Source: Flectonema sp. DT1601
Lineage: Eukaryota
Assembly (NCBI GenBank): GCA_964019425.1
Contig: OZ025783.1
Span: 1,240,001-1,304,000, forward strand
Direction of reading: 5' to 3'
Length of the DNA stretch: 64,000 nucleotides
Shown here: piece by piece, positions 45,900 through 60,162 of the stretch
How positions within the stretch are numbered: the stretch's first letter is position 1
How the letters are laid out: each line of letters opens with the position of its first letter
Made by a program: the position numbers and the translations under genes
The notes under the pieces: generated by a model
Told to the model about the DNA's origin: nothing
The model's input: only the letters and a program-made list of their open reading frames with translations
The model's database searches: none

Positions 45900-48268
45900 T
45901 CCTTTTTATAATTTATTATTAGCTAAAAAATACTAAAAAACGAAAAAAAAAACATTATCGTAAGAAAGCATATTTTTTTTTTTTTTTTTTTTTTTTGTAG
46001 TATTCGATATCATTTATAATTTTTATTTTTAATTTTATTATTATATCGGACCAATTCGTCCTTCGATCAGCCGTCGGAAATTGGTAACGTCTGACAGTAG
46101 GGAGGTAATTAGTATTTAATAGACCTGATGATGAAAAAAAAAAAAAAAAAAAAAAAAAAACAACCTAACAAACGTTAAGATTGGAAATAAATGAAAAAAA
46201 AACATCACCTGCGATTTACCCATTCCACTATAATCCTTTATTTTATATTATTAACAACCCTGTCGGGAGTGGTATCTGTCAGAAAAAAAAAAAAAAAAAA
46301 AAAACAGAAATGATAATTTGGTTAGACTGCATACGTGTCTACCTTTCTATTCGAAATTAGGTTCAATTCACTACCGAAGGTTTACTTTAAATGGGGGACT
46401 CGTTTTAACTTTTTTTTGCGACTTCGTGAACGTATCGTGTCAACAAGAAAAGCATGCGAATTGTTTATTAGATGTTATAGTGTTTTCGGATTTTACTCGA
46501 AAACCAGGTTCATATTTCATTCTGTAAACATATTGTGACACAAAGAGGTATAAAGTTCATTTCAGTATTTCGCAATGCTACTTGTTGCTGATTACACTGA
46601 TCTTTTTATATATATTTTTCTTTTCCGTCTCCCGTTGGGTTCTTCCATTTCCGTTTCCCCTCTTGCATTCGTTGTGAACATATTATCAAGTTGGCTACCT
46701 GACTACGGCTTGCAACCATCTATGAATTGTGATCTGGTCAACACGTCAGAAGTGGTTCTGTTTCAGCTAACACTACTGTGTTAGTTAGTTATATAGTTTT
46801 CTTCCCGAGGGAAGTACAGCATAGGTAAATACCCCCCGTGTAGTATGACACGATAGCCGTATTGGCATCCCGTACCTGTTAATTCAGAAGGCGGCTCACC
46901 GCTGTAATCATGTTTTATTTCATTTATTTTGCGATAACAGAAACAAAAAAAAAAAAAAAAAAAAAAGGATTCCTTGCGTTGCGATGACACTATTTGTCAC
47001 GCTTAATAATGTGAAATGAAAAAAAAAAATCAGGTTGACACCTAATTCTGTATAGAGATCAAAGAAACCCCTATTTCTTAGATTTGTTGTGTTTTTGTTG
47101 TATAAAACAAGTCAGAAAAAAAAAAAAAGGAAAACAAAAAATTCTTTTTGAAATTCGTTTCTATAAGCCATTCGTCCCCTCCCCTTACCTCAAAAAAAAA
47201 AGAAAAAAAGAAAAAAAAAAAAAAACAATTTGCCCTTTCTTAAAGATTAAATTACTACCACATTGCGAATAACTTCCATTTGATTCATCGTTTACAATTG
47301 ACATATTTCTATATATTTTGTGATGAGGAATATAGATTTATGCATTATACTATAAGGCTACAGTTAAGCATGTTTGTGTTGTATTTTTTCAAATAAAAAA
47401 CCCATCTCTCCCTTCATACTCTGCGAATTATGGTAACTTGATTTGTGAGCGGGCGGCATTCCTGTCATTTTTTTCCCCCTTTTTCCCCTTTCCCTTTCCC
47501 TTTCCCTTTTTTTTTTTTTTTATTCCCTCATTTCTAAAACACCAAATAAAATAATAAATTTGGACTCGGATTTTGTTCTTTTTTTGCATTCGAAAATGTA
47601 CTTAATCCCTCCTTATATCATTTCATCGCATTATCGTTGATGATAATGTTTATTTCTTAATACCTGTCCCTGGTTACACTTAGACCGCCGCCTGTCTCGT
47701 TATAAACGTTGCAGCGGGTGAACAAAAAATTCTCCGATAGCTTTATGTTTTTTGACGCGTTTGTCATTCTCTTATTGTTATTTTTAAAGTACTGATCCTG
47801 TGGCTTCCCACCCCATTCTAATCCTCACCTCTCTTCAACCTTATCCTTATGGATTATTTTTATTTATTTAATCATATTTTTTTAAGGTTTAGTTTTTTTC
47901 TTTTTTTTTTTCCCTAGTGATCCGGACAAGGTGGAAGCATATTGGTAGTAGATCTCTTGATCTAATATGCCCTGTGTCGAAACTAATAAAATAATCCTTC
48001 AGTTATCGGTTCAATCTAACTACTGCTAGTATTGGACATGACATTGAAGAGCTATCTAGTTCTCTTTCTGTTTCTCGTTGCATTCTCATCTTCTTAGCTA
48101 AGACGATACTTTCTTCACTGAAGAGGGTTTGGTGAGGGATGTGTAGTTCAAAAGAAAGATTTTTTTTTTAATTTCTTTTGACCCAAAACTATTGTGTCTT
48201 ACGATTATTAATGAATTATTTGCTGACTAACTTTTTTTATCGGTCCCTTTGCTGAGAAGGGCAAACGC

Positions 48269-48450
48269 GATGAGTAGGACAGGCCTGACACCGCAGTGTC
48301 CCCCTTACTTCTCTGAAGAGGGCTGGGTAAGGGGCATGGTCCGAAGACAGATTTTTTAATTTTAGCCCGAAACCAACTATTATTTGTTTGTTGTCCTACG
48401 ACTTTTTTGCATTTGATTTCTTTGATTGACTGATAATTATTAATACTAAC
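48269..48450 (+). repeat. Structured dispersed repeat, family B (other copies ~25672-25825, ~61576-61680, ~63737-63850)
   Basis: Shared blocks CCTGACACCG(C/A)AGTGTCCCCCTT, GTAAGGG..ATGGTCCGAAGA, TTAGCCCGAA, TTGTCCTACGA. Confidence 0.8.
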
Positions 48451-51415
48451 TATTTTATCTAATAAACACTAACCTACCCGTCTCATCTGAGCATCCGTTT
48501 GATTATTTCTTACGGACTGGCGGGATTATCGTGTTGCCCAGTTTTTGTGCTTCTTTTTTAAAGATTTCGGTGAGCCCCTTGTGATATTAATGCTTGAGAC
48601 TAGAATGGCCGGTCTGTTCGGTCGGGTTTTTCCTTAATTTTTTTTTTTCTTTTTTTTCTTGTGATATGGCGGGATTTTTTTGACACTTGTGATTATTTCA
48701 TTAAAAAAATTGTATTTATTTTGTTCCAAAATCCCGTCTTCATTTTTTTTTTTTTTAAAAAAACTCGTTAATTCGAATCTCTGGGCAAGGCGATCAGCTG
48801 GGAGTCATCATTCGTAGAAACTACAAAAAAACAAAATCCCCCTCGCAGCCATCAGTTCTGAACTTTGTTAGCAATCTAACTAATCAATTAACCCTCAACC
48901 TTATTACTAACAATCATATTACAATGCACAAAGCATAATCAGCTTTCATATTCTTGATGAGAAAATGTTGTTGCTTATATTGTTTTTTTTTTTTTGTACC
49001 GACGTGATCGGCGAGGAAACTATTCAGAGATTCAGATGGAAAGCCTATATTTCTTCTGGTCATGATTTATTTCCCCAGTGCGACGGGATTCTCTCTGCGT
49101 TCAACGCAAAATACTACGCCAGACATGATCCCAACGCCGTACTCCACCTGTCGGCCGGAGCAGACGTGGTCAACCACGAGCAGTCCCGAATAGCATTGTA
49201 TTCGTGACTCAGGCCGCGATAGCTGTAAGGATAATCTGAATGGATTTCTTTTTATATATTTCTCTCTCTTGGGTTTACACAGTCTTCCCAATTCGCTGTA
49301 GATTTATTATCGATTTCTTTTTTTTTTTTTTTTTTTGAGATCAATTCACCGTTTATGCAAAATTCAAAGTTTTTTTTAAAGAAAAAAACAAACAAACAAA
49401 CAGACAAACAAAAAAAAAAAAAACACAACCAATTAAAAAAAAATTTCACTTTTTTGTTATGTTCTTTTGGTACGGCAACAACAACTACAACAACAACGAA
49501 AAAAACAACCTCTCTTTACAAAGTCAGGAGATGAACACTAATTCAGATTAAGAGCCGTTTATTTATTTATGTTTAAATGTTATCTACTTCCCCTGTTCAG
49601 TGTTATTGTCCGCGATCAACATAATATAAATTGGCCTTTTCTATATTGTTTGATCGGAAGAAGTTAATCATCCTACTTAGTAAGTATAGATAAGATAAAT
49701 GTTATTTTTTTTTGTTATTTATTATTTTGCTTTGATTTGTTTTGTTTGAGGTTTTTGTCTGAAGCTTTTCTTGGGAGTTGAGCGAAAATTGTATGTCATT
49801 GCGTTCAAGATTAAGATGTGTTTGATACTTTTGTCAAAGCTCGACAGTCTTTCGCACTTAGAGTGAAATGAAGTTGAGTTTTTTGTCTGACTGTCGTTTC
49901 CCTCACACCCCTCGCCCTTAAGAATATCTCGATTCTGACAACACGGAAAAAGAGATGTGTATGCAGCTAAGTTAGAAACATTTATTATAATGTAAAGTCT
50001 CTCTACGTCAGACGCAGAGTGTTTACCTTTTCTAACATTACCTTTACTAACGTTTATTTTTAGTTAAGTCTGGTACAATACAGATATTTATTTCTTCATA
50101 AATAAATTTCAATTCCCCTTACCCTCAGTTTTCAAGCTGTAACGACCTGCAGGATGGGATGCTCAACCTGCAGTGCGTAAACAGCATTTCTTTCTCTGGT
50201 AGTTTATTTGAAGTATGCGATTTTGTGGACAGAATCCAGTTATGATGATTCATGTCTAATTTGTTGCTTGTTAACCCCCCTTGATTTATTTATCCAAGTC
50301 CCCTCTCCCTCAAATTACCCCCCTTGTGAAGTAATATTATTGCTCTAGGCTTATTGAACTAGCCTGGATGACATACTTAGTTGCTTTTTATGGATTTCTT
50401 TTTTTTTCCATGAAAAGTGAACGATTGCTACCTACGTGATACAATCCTCTCATTGAGTATGGCAACGAGCCTCATTGTAGGAGAAATTCATTAGACACAT
50501 CTGATTCACGTGTCCACAACTTTAGGTTGGGGCAGTTTTTGTTGTTGAATTCTGTGATGTGCTTTTTTGACATATAGTTTTCTCTCTCTCATGTGTTTTC
50601 GTTGGGATAATGTTTTGAATTCGAAAAAAAAAAAAAAATAAATAAAAAGACCGAAAACCCTGTTTATCCTCTTTGCTTCTTTCTCTTAAAAATGTGTAGG
50701 GAAAATTTTTTTTTTGATAGGAGAGTTTTTTTTCTGCGTTTCTCGCTGTGCTTCCCTTTTAATTATTGCTGTTGCGCTTTGGTGTCTAAATCGGCTAGGG
50801 GTATCATTTTAGCTTACTCCCAAAGCTTGCGCATTTTTTTTTTTTTTTTTTTTTTTGTAGTTAGTTCGCACCAGTCGGCAGTAATTTAAAAGCACGCAAT
50901 AAATTTTTTTTTAATTACTGAAAGTATTGCTGGAAGTTTCTTCTCTGAATCGCCACTTAGAACGCGATTTTTTTTTTTTTTTTTTTTTGCTTCTCTTATA
51001 CGCGACTACAGGCAGTTGGCTTTTTTCACGCCGACTCGGCTAGCAGTGTGCACAGTCAGTGGACATTTTTGATACTTTTGAACGCATGTTGGTTACCTTT
51101 TTGGTGTCTTCTCAATCAAGACAATTACAACACATGTTTGTACGACGTAGTTCAGTTGTTGGTCCTCCACTGTATTGTGATTATCATTTATTTTATACAT
51201 AATTTTTTTTTATGACCAGACATTTGTATATGTGTATTTTTTTTTTTTTTTTTTTTTTTTCCCTGTATCCGTGTTTGGAAGTTGAATCCGAACTGTATTG
51301 GACGTCTTTTTATCAGACAAAAAAAAAAAAAAAAAAAAAAGAAACAGAAAAAACTTGTACTGGTTGTACACACTTAACGAGCACATGATAGGTGTTTTTT
51401 TCCCCTCCGGTGATC

Positions 51416-51531
51416 GTTTTTATCGATACCAATTGTTGATTTCTTATATTGCAACCAGGTTTGGCCGAACCTTATTCTCGTTTTAGCCGGTTTCAAGTTG
51501 CTTTCCATTTAATATTAGTATCAAATTACCC
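51416..51531 (+). repeat. ~115-bp near-identical duplicate of 63385-63499
   Basis: TTTTATCGATACCAATTGTTGATTTC...ATTAGTATCAA(A/G)TTACCC at both sites. Confidence 0.9.
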
Positions 51532-52336
51532 TCTTATATTTTAATTTAGATCTAATCATTCGCTAGATCGGTTTTGTTTTTCTTCAAAAATTCAGACAAC
51601 CATGTCCATCACACTACTGAAATGGAGTCCTTGGAACTTACCGATGAAGGCCTTAGTTTTTTTTTTTTTATAAAATTATATAGGGCTCCATCTTATATAT
51701 AACAAAACCTTTGTATTCTACCACTTGCGCAATTTCTCACCGATTCGGTTCTGTGTTTTTATTTAATGATAATAGACAGTACGTTTTAAAAAAAAAATTA
51801 AAAAAATAATAATCCTGTGCTCATAATCGATGGGTTGATTTTTTTCCCCCCCTTTCTTTCTAACAAATTGCTTTAAAAAAAAAAAAAAAAACAAAAACAT
51901 ATTTTGTGGTTACTTCCTTGACAGATAGAGAATAGTCTGGTCAGTCTTGGTCAAGAGAAATCCTCCGAGAAAAAAAAGCTTATGTACTTCTTTTTTTTTT
52001 CTCGTGTGATCCCACACGTAATTATTATTGTTATTATTTTTTGTTGATTTTTTCCCCCCCCATAATTATACATAACATTACATCCAGGAAGAAATGATAA
52101 TCAGCACTATTTCTTTCGATTCCGCATATTCTTTTTTTTTTTTCCCTTTCAATTCTGAGTATCACCGATGACTGTTAGCCTCTGGGCAAGGTGGGAGCTG
52201 AAATTTGATTACTTCCAGTCGAAGCTATAAAACTACAATCTTCGCGATTGGGTACTTACTGATGCGGGCTATCCAGACCCCTCGTAGTCATCAGTTCTGT
52301 ATTTTGCTAACTGACTAACCAATGATCCGGAACAAG

Positions 52337-52372
<36 letters not shown>

Positions 52373-54119
52373 TGGGAAACTAAAAAAGATTAAAAATAAG
52401 TATAAAATAAATATTCACATTTATCTGTTCTGATGGCACGTTTTCTTTTAATATTTACGGTGCGTGCTTTTCAATTATTATTTTTTTTTTTTATTGGTAT
52501 GGTAAGGAAAAAAAAAAAAAAAAAATGATTAATTCAGATTATATCCATACAGTCATATGAATAATTAAATACTTTAAAAAAAAAAAAAAAAAAACGATAC
52601 GACTGTTAGGAGGTTGCAGAATCACTGTGAGCAGTTCTTTCCTTTTTCCTTTTTTTTTTTTCCCCTTTTCTTGTGATTGAGTCATAATCATCGATTCGAT
52701 CTTGATATATCAAAACATACGTTGTTACTTTATGTTTAATTATTATTATTATTATTTCACTCCTGTGCGTGATTACACAATTGAGATTTTTCTTTTTTTG
52801 GTACAGTTTTTTTTCCGTCACATCACTCTGGTCTTATTTGTATAGCTAATTTCTTCTTCTATCAAGGGTATTTTTTCCACACACGATACAACGAATATCG
52901 GGTGGAAAAAAAAAAAAAAAAAAAAAAATTAGTTCCTCAGAATGTGAGTGCGTTGAGACCAATCTTTCTCGTTGTGAATAATCACCCAAGTGAGTTGTCT
53001 TTTTTTTACAAGTAAATCTTTTTTTCTAATAATACAACATAACAGTCAGACATAGCCTTTGCCTTGTTATTGTTTTTTTTAAATCTTTTTATTTCATTAT
53101 TTTTATTGTTCTTTCTCGTCGCATCATCTTCTGCCCTGCTTTTTTTCTTTTTTTTTTCTTTCTCTTTTTGCACCGACAAAATGGGAGAAGAAACTATTCA
53201 GATTAAGAGCCGTTTATTTATTATGATCAAAAAAAAAAAAATGTTATCTATATTACGTCTGCGATCAACAAACTATAAAGGCTTATCTGAGCGGTTTTTT
53301 TTTTCACCCCCATTTATACTAATGATAAAAGATTGCATGGGAACTTATCGTGGCCATGACTGCGTGCAAAAAGGGATGAGTGTGACTCAGAAGTGTTCTT
53401 TCCTTCTTATTATTTTATTTTATTTTATTTTATTTTCATTCATAATTACATTATCGTTTGCGTCTTTTTCTTGAAGGCGATTTATTAACCTTCAAAACTA
53501 TTTAAGAGGAAAAAAAGAAAAAAAAAAAAAAAAAGAAGCATAGCTGAAATTAATCCAAGTAGGTCTTTATAAATATAATCAAACATTTCATCTCCCTTTG
53601 ACAATTAAGTAGCACTGTCGTCGTGTTGTTATTGTAATGTACGGAAGACGTCCTTGCATATCATTCCTGTATTTTTGATAAGCTGCAGCCCTCGCCCCTC
53701 CTTGTAGCGCTGGAAGGCCAGTGGTGGCTGCTGTCTGATTCTGATTCCCTTTTAGCTTATTACTCGGAAAAACAGAACAAAACAAAACCCATAGTTTGAT
53801 CACCGTACTCATGCGGATAAAATCGACTATTATTTTTATTTTATTTTTATTGTTTTTCTAATATGTGCAGGTGCTCGTTTGAAATTTATGCGCATTCTGG
53901 CAATGGGATGTTGTTGTGTTAGTGCTTTCGATTTTTTTTAAATAATTTTTTCACATTCTTTTTGGCAAAACGTCTCAATGATGTTGCTGTTTTTATTTTA
54001 TAACTTCTTTTCATCCATCGCAGGAGTCTCACAGTGAGCTCGGTACCTAAGGATACCTACCTGTGAGCTCGGCTTCATGTTTGGATGAAAAATATCACCC
54101 CCTTCTTTTATGTTCCTTT

Positions 54120-54150
<31 letters not shown>

Positions 54151-54291
54151 TTTGTGTTTTCCTTCAAGCAAAAGGCTTCCTTTTTACTTCATCTGAATTA
54201 TACTTCAGGTTACTACGGTAATTCGTATAAGCAGTGTTTAGCGACCGTGATTTATTGTTACTATCTTTATTAAACAGATACTTCACAACAA

Positions 54292-56833
54292 ATGTCTCTC
54301 TCCGCAGTTATCGGAGAATTTAGCGACAAATTGTTTAGAGGGGGGGAATTGAACTTGGCATCGACAGCTCAATTAATATCTTCTATGAAGACACCTGAAG
54401 GGTGTGGTGACCTTCTTCATAGTCAGCAGTTAATTCAGCAATACCTGTATAATAATATTTCTACTGCTTACAGTGAATGGTTGCAACCATTAGACGGGTG
54501 GAGTTCAGATAGTGAAGTCCCACCTCTACTTGACTCGAGTAGTAGTACAGTCAATCTTATTGACGGAACTGGTACAGATATTTATGAAAATTTTAAGTTA
54601 AAAGAGATTGACCACCCTCAGTACAACGGCAGTGAAAGCGATCTCTCTGAGTCTCGTTGCAATGAAATAAAAAACTTGCTGAGCGAAGTCGATGAAATGG
54701 AAGACACCAACTCTCAAGAAGCAGAGATCTGTACTGCGACTCCAACTGATGAAGACGACTCTGATAGTTGTGATGAGATTCTTCAACAGTCAACTATTGA
54801 CTACTTGGATACTACTTTCCCAAATAGACGCATCGAACTATTTCCTGAAATGCGATTGAAGGAAGCTACTGAATCCTCAGGACAGTCCACATCACTTGTT
54901 GGAGGTGATGATTCACAACATCAATACATCGACAGCCACACTTCAACTCCAACTGGTGAAGACAGCACTTCCGATAGCTGTGATGAGATCCTTCGAAATT
55001 CAACTATTGACTTCAAGTTGGGGACAACATTTCCAAGCAGATGCTTCGATGCCCAATCTGTGGTACAAACTTCGCCCACAACTGAAAGTAACAAAAGTCA
55101 ACACGACTCTGAGGGACTACCGGACTTGAACACTTGCACCCTAACGCTAACTGGTGAAGACAGCACTTCCGATAGCTGTGATGAAATCCTTCGAAATGCA
55201 GCAATTGACGTAGAGTTGGGTGTCATATTCTCAAACAGCTGTATTGAAACCACAGCCAGTGGTGAGTCAGAGTTGAAGATATGCACCCTGACACCAACTT
55301 GTGATGACAGCGCTTCCGATAGCTGTGATGAAATCCTTCGAAATTCAACTATTGACTTCAAGTTGGGGACAGCATTTCCAAGCAGATATTTCGACACCCA
55401 ATCTGTGGTACAAACTTCGACCATAACTGAAAGTAACAAAAGTCAACACGATGATCCCGTCTCTGAAGGACTACCGGACTTGAACACTTGCACCCTAACG
55501 CCAACTGGTGAAGACAGCACTTCCGATAGCTGTGATGAGATCCTTCGAAATTCAACTATTGACTTCAAGTTGGAGACAGCATTTCCAAGCAGATGCTTCG
55601 ACGCCCAGCCTGTGGTACAAACTTCGCCCACAACTGAAAGTAACAAGAGTCAACACGACTCTGAGGGACTACCGGACTTGAACACTTGCACCCTAACGCC
55701 AACTGGTGAAGACAGCACTTCCGATAGCTGTGATGAAATCCTTCGAAATGCAGCAATTGACGTAGAGTTGGGTGTCATATTCTCAAACAGCTGTATTGAA
55801 ACCACAGCCAGTGGTGAGTCAGAGTTGAAGATATGCACCCTGACACCAACTTGTGATGACAGCGCTTCCGATAGCTGTGATGAAATCCTTCGAAATTCAA
55901 CTATTGACTTCAAGTTGGGGACGATATTTCCAAGCAGATGCTTCGATGCCCAATCTGTGGTACAAACTTCGCCCACCACTGAAAGTAACAAAAGCCAACA
56001 CGACTCTGAAGGACTACCGGACTTGAACACTTGCACCCTAACGCCAACTGGTGAAGACAGCACTTCCGATAGCTGTGATGAAATCCTTCGAAATTCAACT
56101 ATTGACTTCAAGTCAGGAGCGGCGTCGCTGAATTCCGTTGAAGTCACAAGAGGAAGGGATGACTACAGACAGTCTCTGGAATTAATGTCGAGTACAACTG
56201 TAAGAAGTGAGCCAAGTAATGTGACAAAAGTGATTCAACCATTAGATACTTTTGATAACACTTTACAATATAATCCAATACCAGATACGACTCGTATTAA
56301 TCAAACTGATGAAGACAGTACTTCAGATAGTTGTGAAGAAGTTCTACGAAACATTGAACTTGTAGTACAGCATTCAGAACCACCAGAAGTAAACATCATC
56401 CCTCTGAATGAGTCGACTGAATCATCCTATCTCACTCGACTGCAAAGTGAGAGTAAAGTCAGGCTATTAAAACAGAGAATTCATGGTATGCTTTTATAAC
56501 AATATAACAACAAATCATCAACTTTTCACAACAGGACTTCTGATGAGACAAAACGAATGGATGCGCACTCAACGAGACTTAGACATTGCTCAGAAAGACT
56601 TGTCAAGGATGAGGTTAGCTTCTGAAAACAATCAAATGTTAAGGGAACACCGTGATTTATATCTCGCAGAAAGAAATCTTTTCAAACAGAGAATGGATTC
56701 TGCAGAGCGTTCTCTGTTAGAAGAACAAGCGAAGACTGTGAAATTGAATGCGGTGGTAGAAACACTACTTCAGGAATTCGATAAACTAAAACAAAACAAT
56801 CGGGAAACTCAAACAACTATAAGACGAATGTGA
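54292..56833 (+). CDS. Acidic Ser/Thr-rich repeat protein with C-terminal coiled coil; exons 54292-56485, 56535-56833
   Basis: Motif TPTGEDSTSDSCDEILRN repeated ~10 times. A 49-nt GT-AG intron joins the 735-aa ORF in frame to the 56483 ORF. Confidence 0.82.
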
Positions 56834-56854
56834 GCAACGATAATATAGAATGAA

Positions 56855-56930
56855 GTCCCTTAGAACTTACTGATGAAAGCCTAAAAAGGGACGAGTAGTA
56901 TAAGATTAAGACCTGAAACTACATATTCTA
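56855..56930 (+). ncRNA. Hammerhead-core-containing repeat (rearranged strand order), full-length copy
   Basis: GTCCCTT-AGAA-CTTA-CTGATGA(56870)-AAGCCT-AA-AAGGGAC-GA-GTAG-TA-TAAG-ATTA-AGACCT-GAAA-CTAC-ATA-TTCTA. Confidence 0.55.
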
Positions 56931-57265
56931 TTACCCTAGATTAGGAACTGCAGAAATGAATACCTTTCTTTTGCTTATCTCTATTATTTATTCACACTAT
57001 TCTATACTAATAATTAATGATACTAACTTTCTTTATATTCTAATCCGACTCTTGGTAATCACAAGAGTTAACCTTCAGCTACCATCTCCTCCCTCTCTTT
57101 TGCCTTCTTCACGAAATTTGTTGCTGGTTGTTGTTGTTTTGATTATAATCTTATGTACTTTAGTCAGGTAATTGAATTGTATTATTGTTGTAGTTGTTAG
57201 TCATAAGGATGTATGAGTAGAGGTTTGTTTAGTATTTACTTCCTCCTGCAGCTATTCTTAATTAA

Positions 57266-58731
<1,466 letters not shown>

Positions 58732-59184
58732 ACTCCCGATCACAATAAAGAAAAAAAAAAAAGAAAAAATACGTAGAAAATAAAACATTGTACCCATCTT
58801 CCCAAGTCTTGAAACTGTCTAAACGACTATATCATGATACAGCCCCTTTCAGTGCGAGAATTATAGGTGTTGGTCTTCTTCACCCACTCTCTGTTTTTCT
58901 TTTTGTTTTTTCAAATTTTATTTTTTAATTCTATTTGCTGAACGCGGAAAGCTATAGATGTACAGCGGGAAAGAAAAAAAAAAAAAAAAAAGTTATCAAC
59001 TCGCCATGTTATTAGTATTCTTCATTTACAAGTGAAATCCACAAAAAACATAATATGACGAACTAGCAAGCAGTCAATTTTTTTAGGATTCCACTTTAAG
59101 GATTACAGTACCGTGGGCTATGTTGTATTTACGTTGTAGCTTTTTATTCTTATTAGAAATTTAAAAAAAAAAAAAAACACTCAA

Positions 59185-60162
59185 ATGGTGAGTCTATTAC
59201 CTTTAGTATGTGTGGTAGCAACTCAATCAGCATGTGATAAATTTAATACTGACGGTTGGGAAATGGTTCGTCACATAGCTGAGAATGATAGTTCATTCTT
59301 CTCTATGAGTGATAATGCAACAGGGGTCGCTTCATCATTTGGAAACGCAACAGATGACAGTCGTAGTTGGAATGTTATGTTTGCTCATCGTGATTTCAAC
59401 GAGTATCTATTCTCAACTGGTGATTGTGAGAAATATCTCATAGTCGATCGAAAAGAACTATCCGCCAGCACATTTAGAAAAGAGATTCGAGTTAAAAGCA
59501 CATCTATTCACTCACCACCACACGTTCTTACAAAGACGTCATCTTTGATTAGACTTGAAGAACCAATGGGTACTAAGAGGGCAGGTATATATCCACAGGG
59601 TGGTGTTTTATATGCGGAAAAGATCTCAACAGATGGTGGAGATGGTGAGCTATTACGATCGAATGGAGGATTGAGTATCCGAATTCGAAAATCAAACCAC
59701 TGTAAGAAATTCATATCAAACAGATGGAAGATTGTTCGACATCTAAATCCGAGTGATGATACTTTTTATGATGTTGATGATAAGGCTGTTGGTACTGCTG
59801 CGGCTTTCGGATCTCCATCCAGTCCTCCTCAGCTTTATGATCTGTCTTGGGGTATTCCCTTTGCTCATGCATCGTTTACTGAATATATGTTTTCAACTGG
59901 TGATTGTCAACATTATCTCATTGTTGGAAAAGAATCAATTTGGTCAAATGATGAAATATCAATCAAATCAAGCAGCGTGTCGTCTCATCCGTACACCATC
60001 TCCCGTCTTGGTAGCTATCCATTATCACTTAAGGAGTATTGGCCGACTGCTCCTCAACATAGTGGAGTGATGTACGCGGATTCTGGTTTAGTTGCGACTC
60101 AAGGAAATTCAAATTATCTTCGTTCTCATAATGGACTCAGCGTTTGGATACGTGGAAAGTGA
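59185..60162 (+). CDS. Putative secreted protein with two tandem copies of a ~150-aa Cys/Trp domain
   Basis: N-terminal hydrophobic stretch; C.KF....W..VRH, F.EY.FSTGDC..YLIV, GV.YA and LRS..GLS..IR each occur twice. Confidence 0.85.
   Translation: MVSLLPLVCVVATQSACDKFNTDGWEMVRHIAENDSSFFSMSDNATGVASSFGNATDDSRSWNVMFAHRDFNEYLFSTGDCEKYLIVDRKELSASTFRKEIRVKSTSIHSPPHVLTKTSSLIRLEEPMGTKRAGIYPQGGVLYAEKISTDGGDGELLRSNGGLSIRIRKSNHCKKFISNRWKIVRHLNPSDDTFYDVDDKAVGTAAAFGSPSSPPQLYDLSWGIPFAHASFTEYMFSTGDCQHYLIVGKESIWSNDEISIKSSSVSSHPYTISRLGSYPLSLKEYWPTAPQHSGVMYADSGLVATQGNSNYLRSHNGLSVWIRGK

Noticed and set aside
44496..54291. Many Phe/Lys-rich 60-136 aa ORFs
   Set aside because: Translations of poly-T and poly-A tracts.
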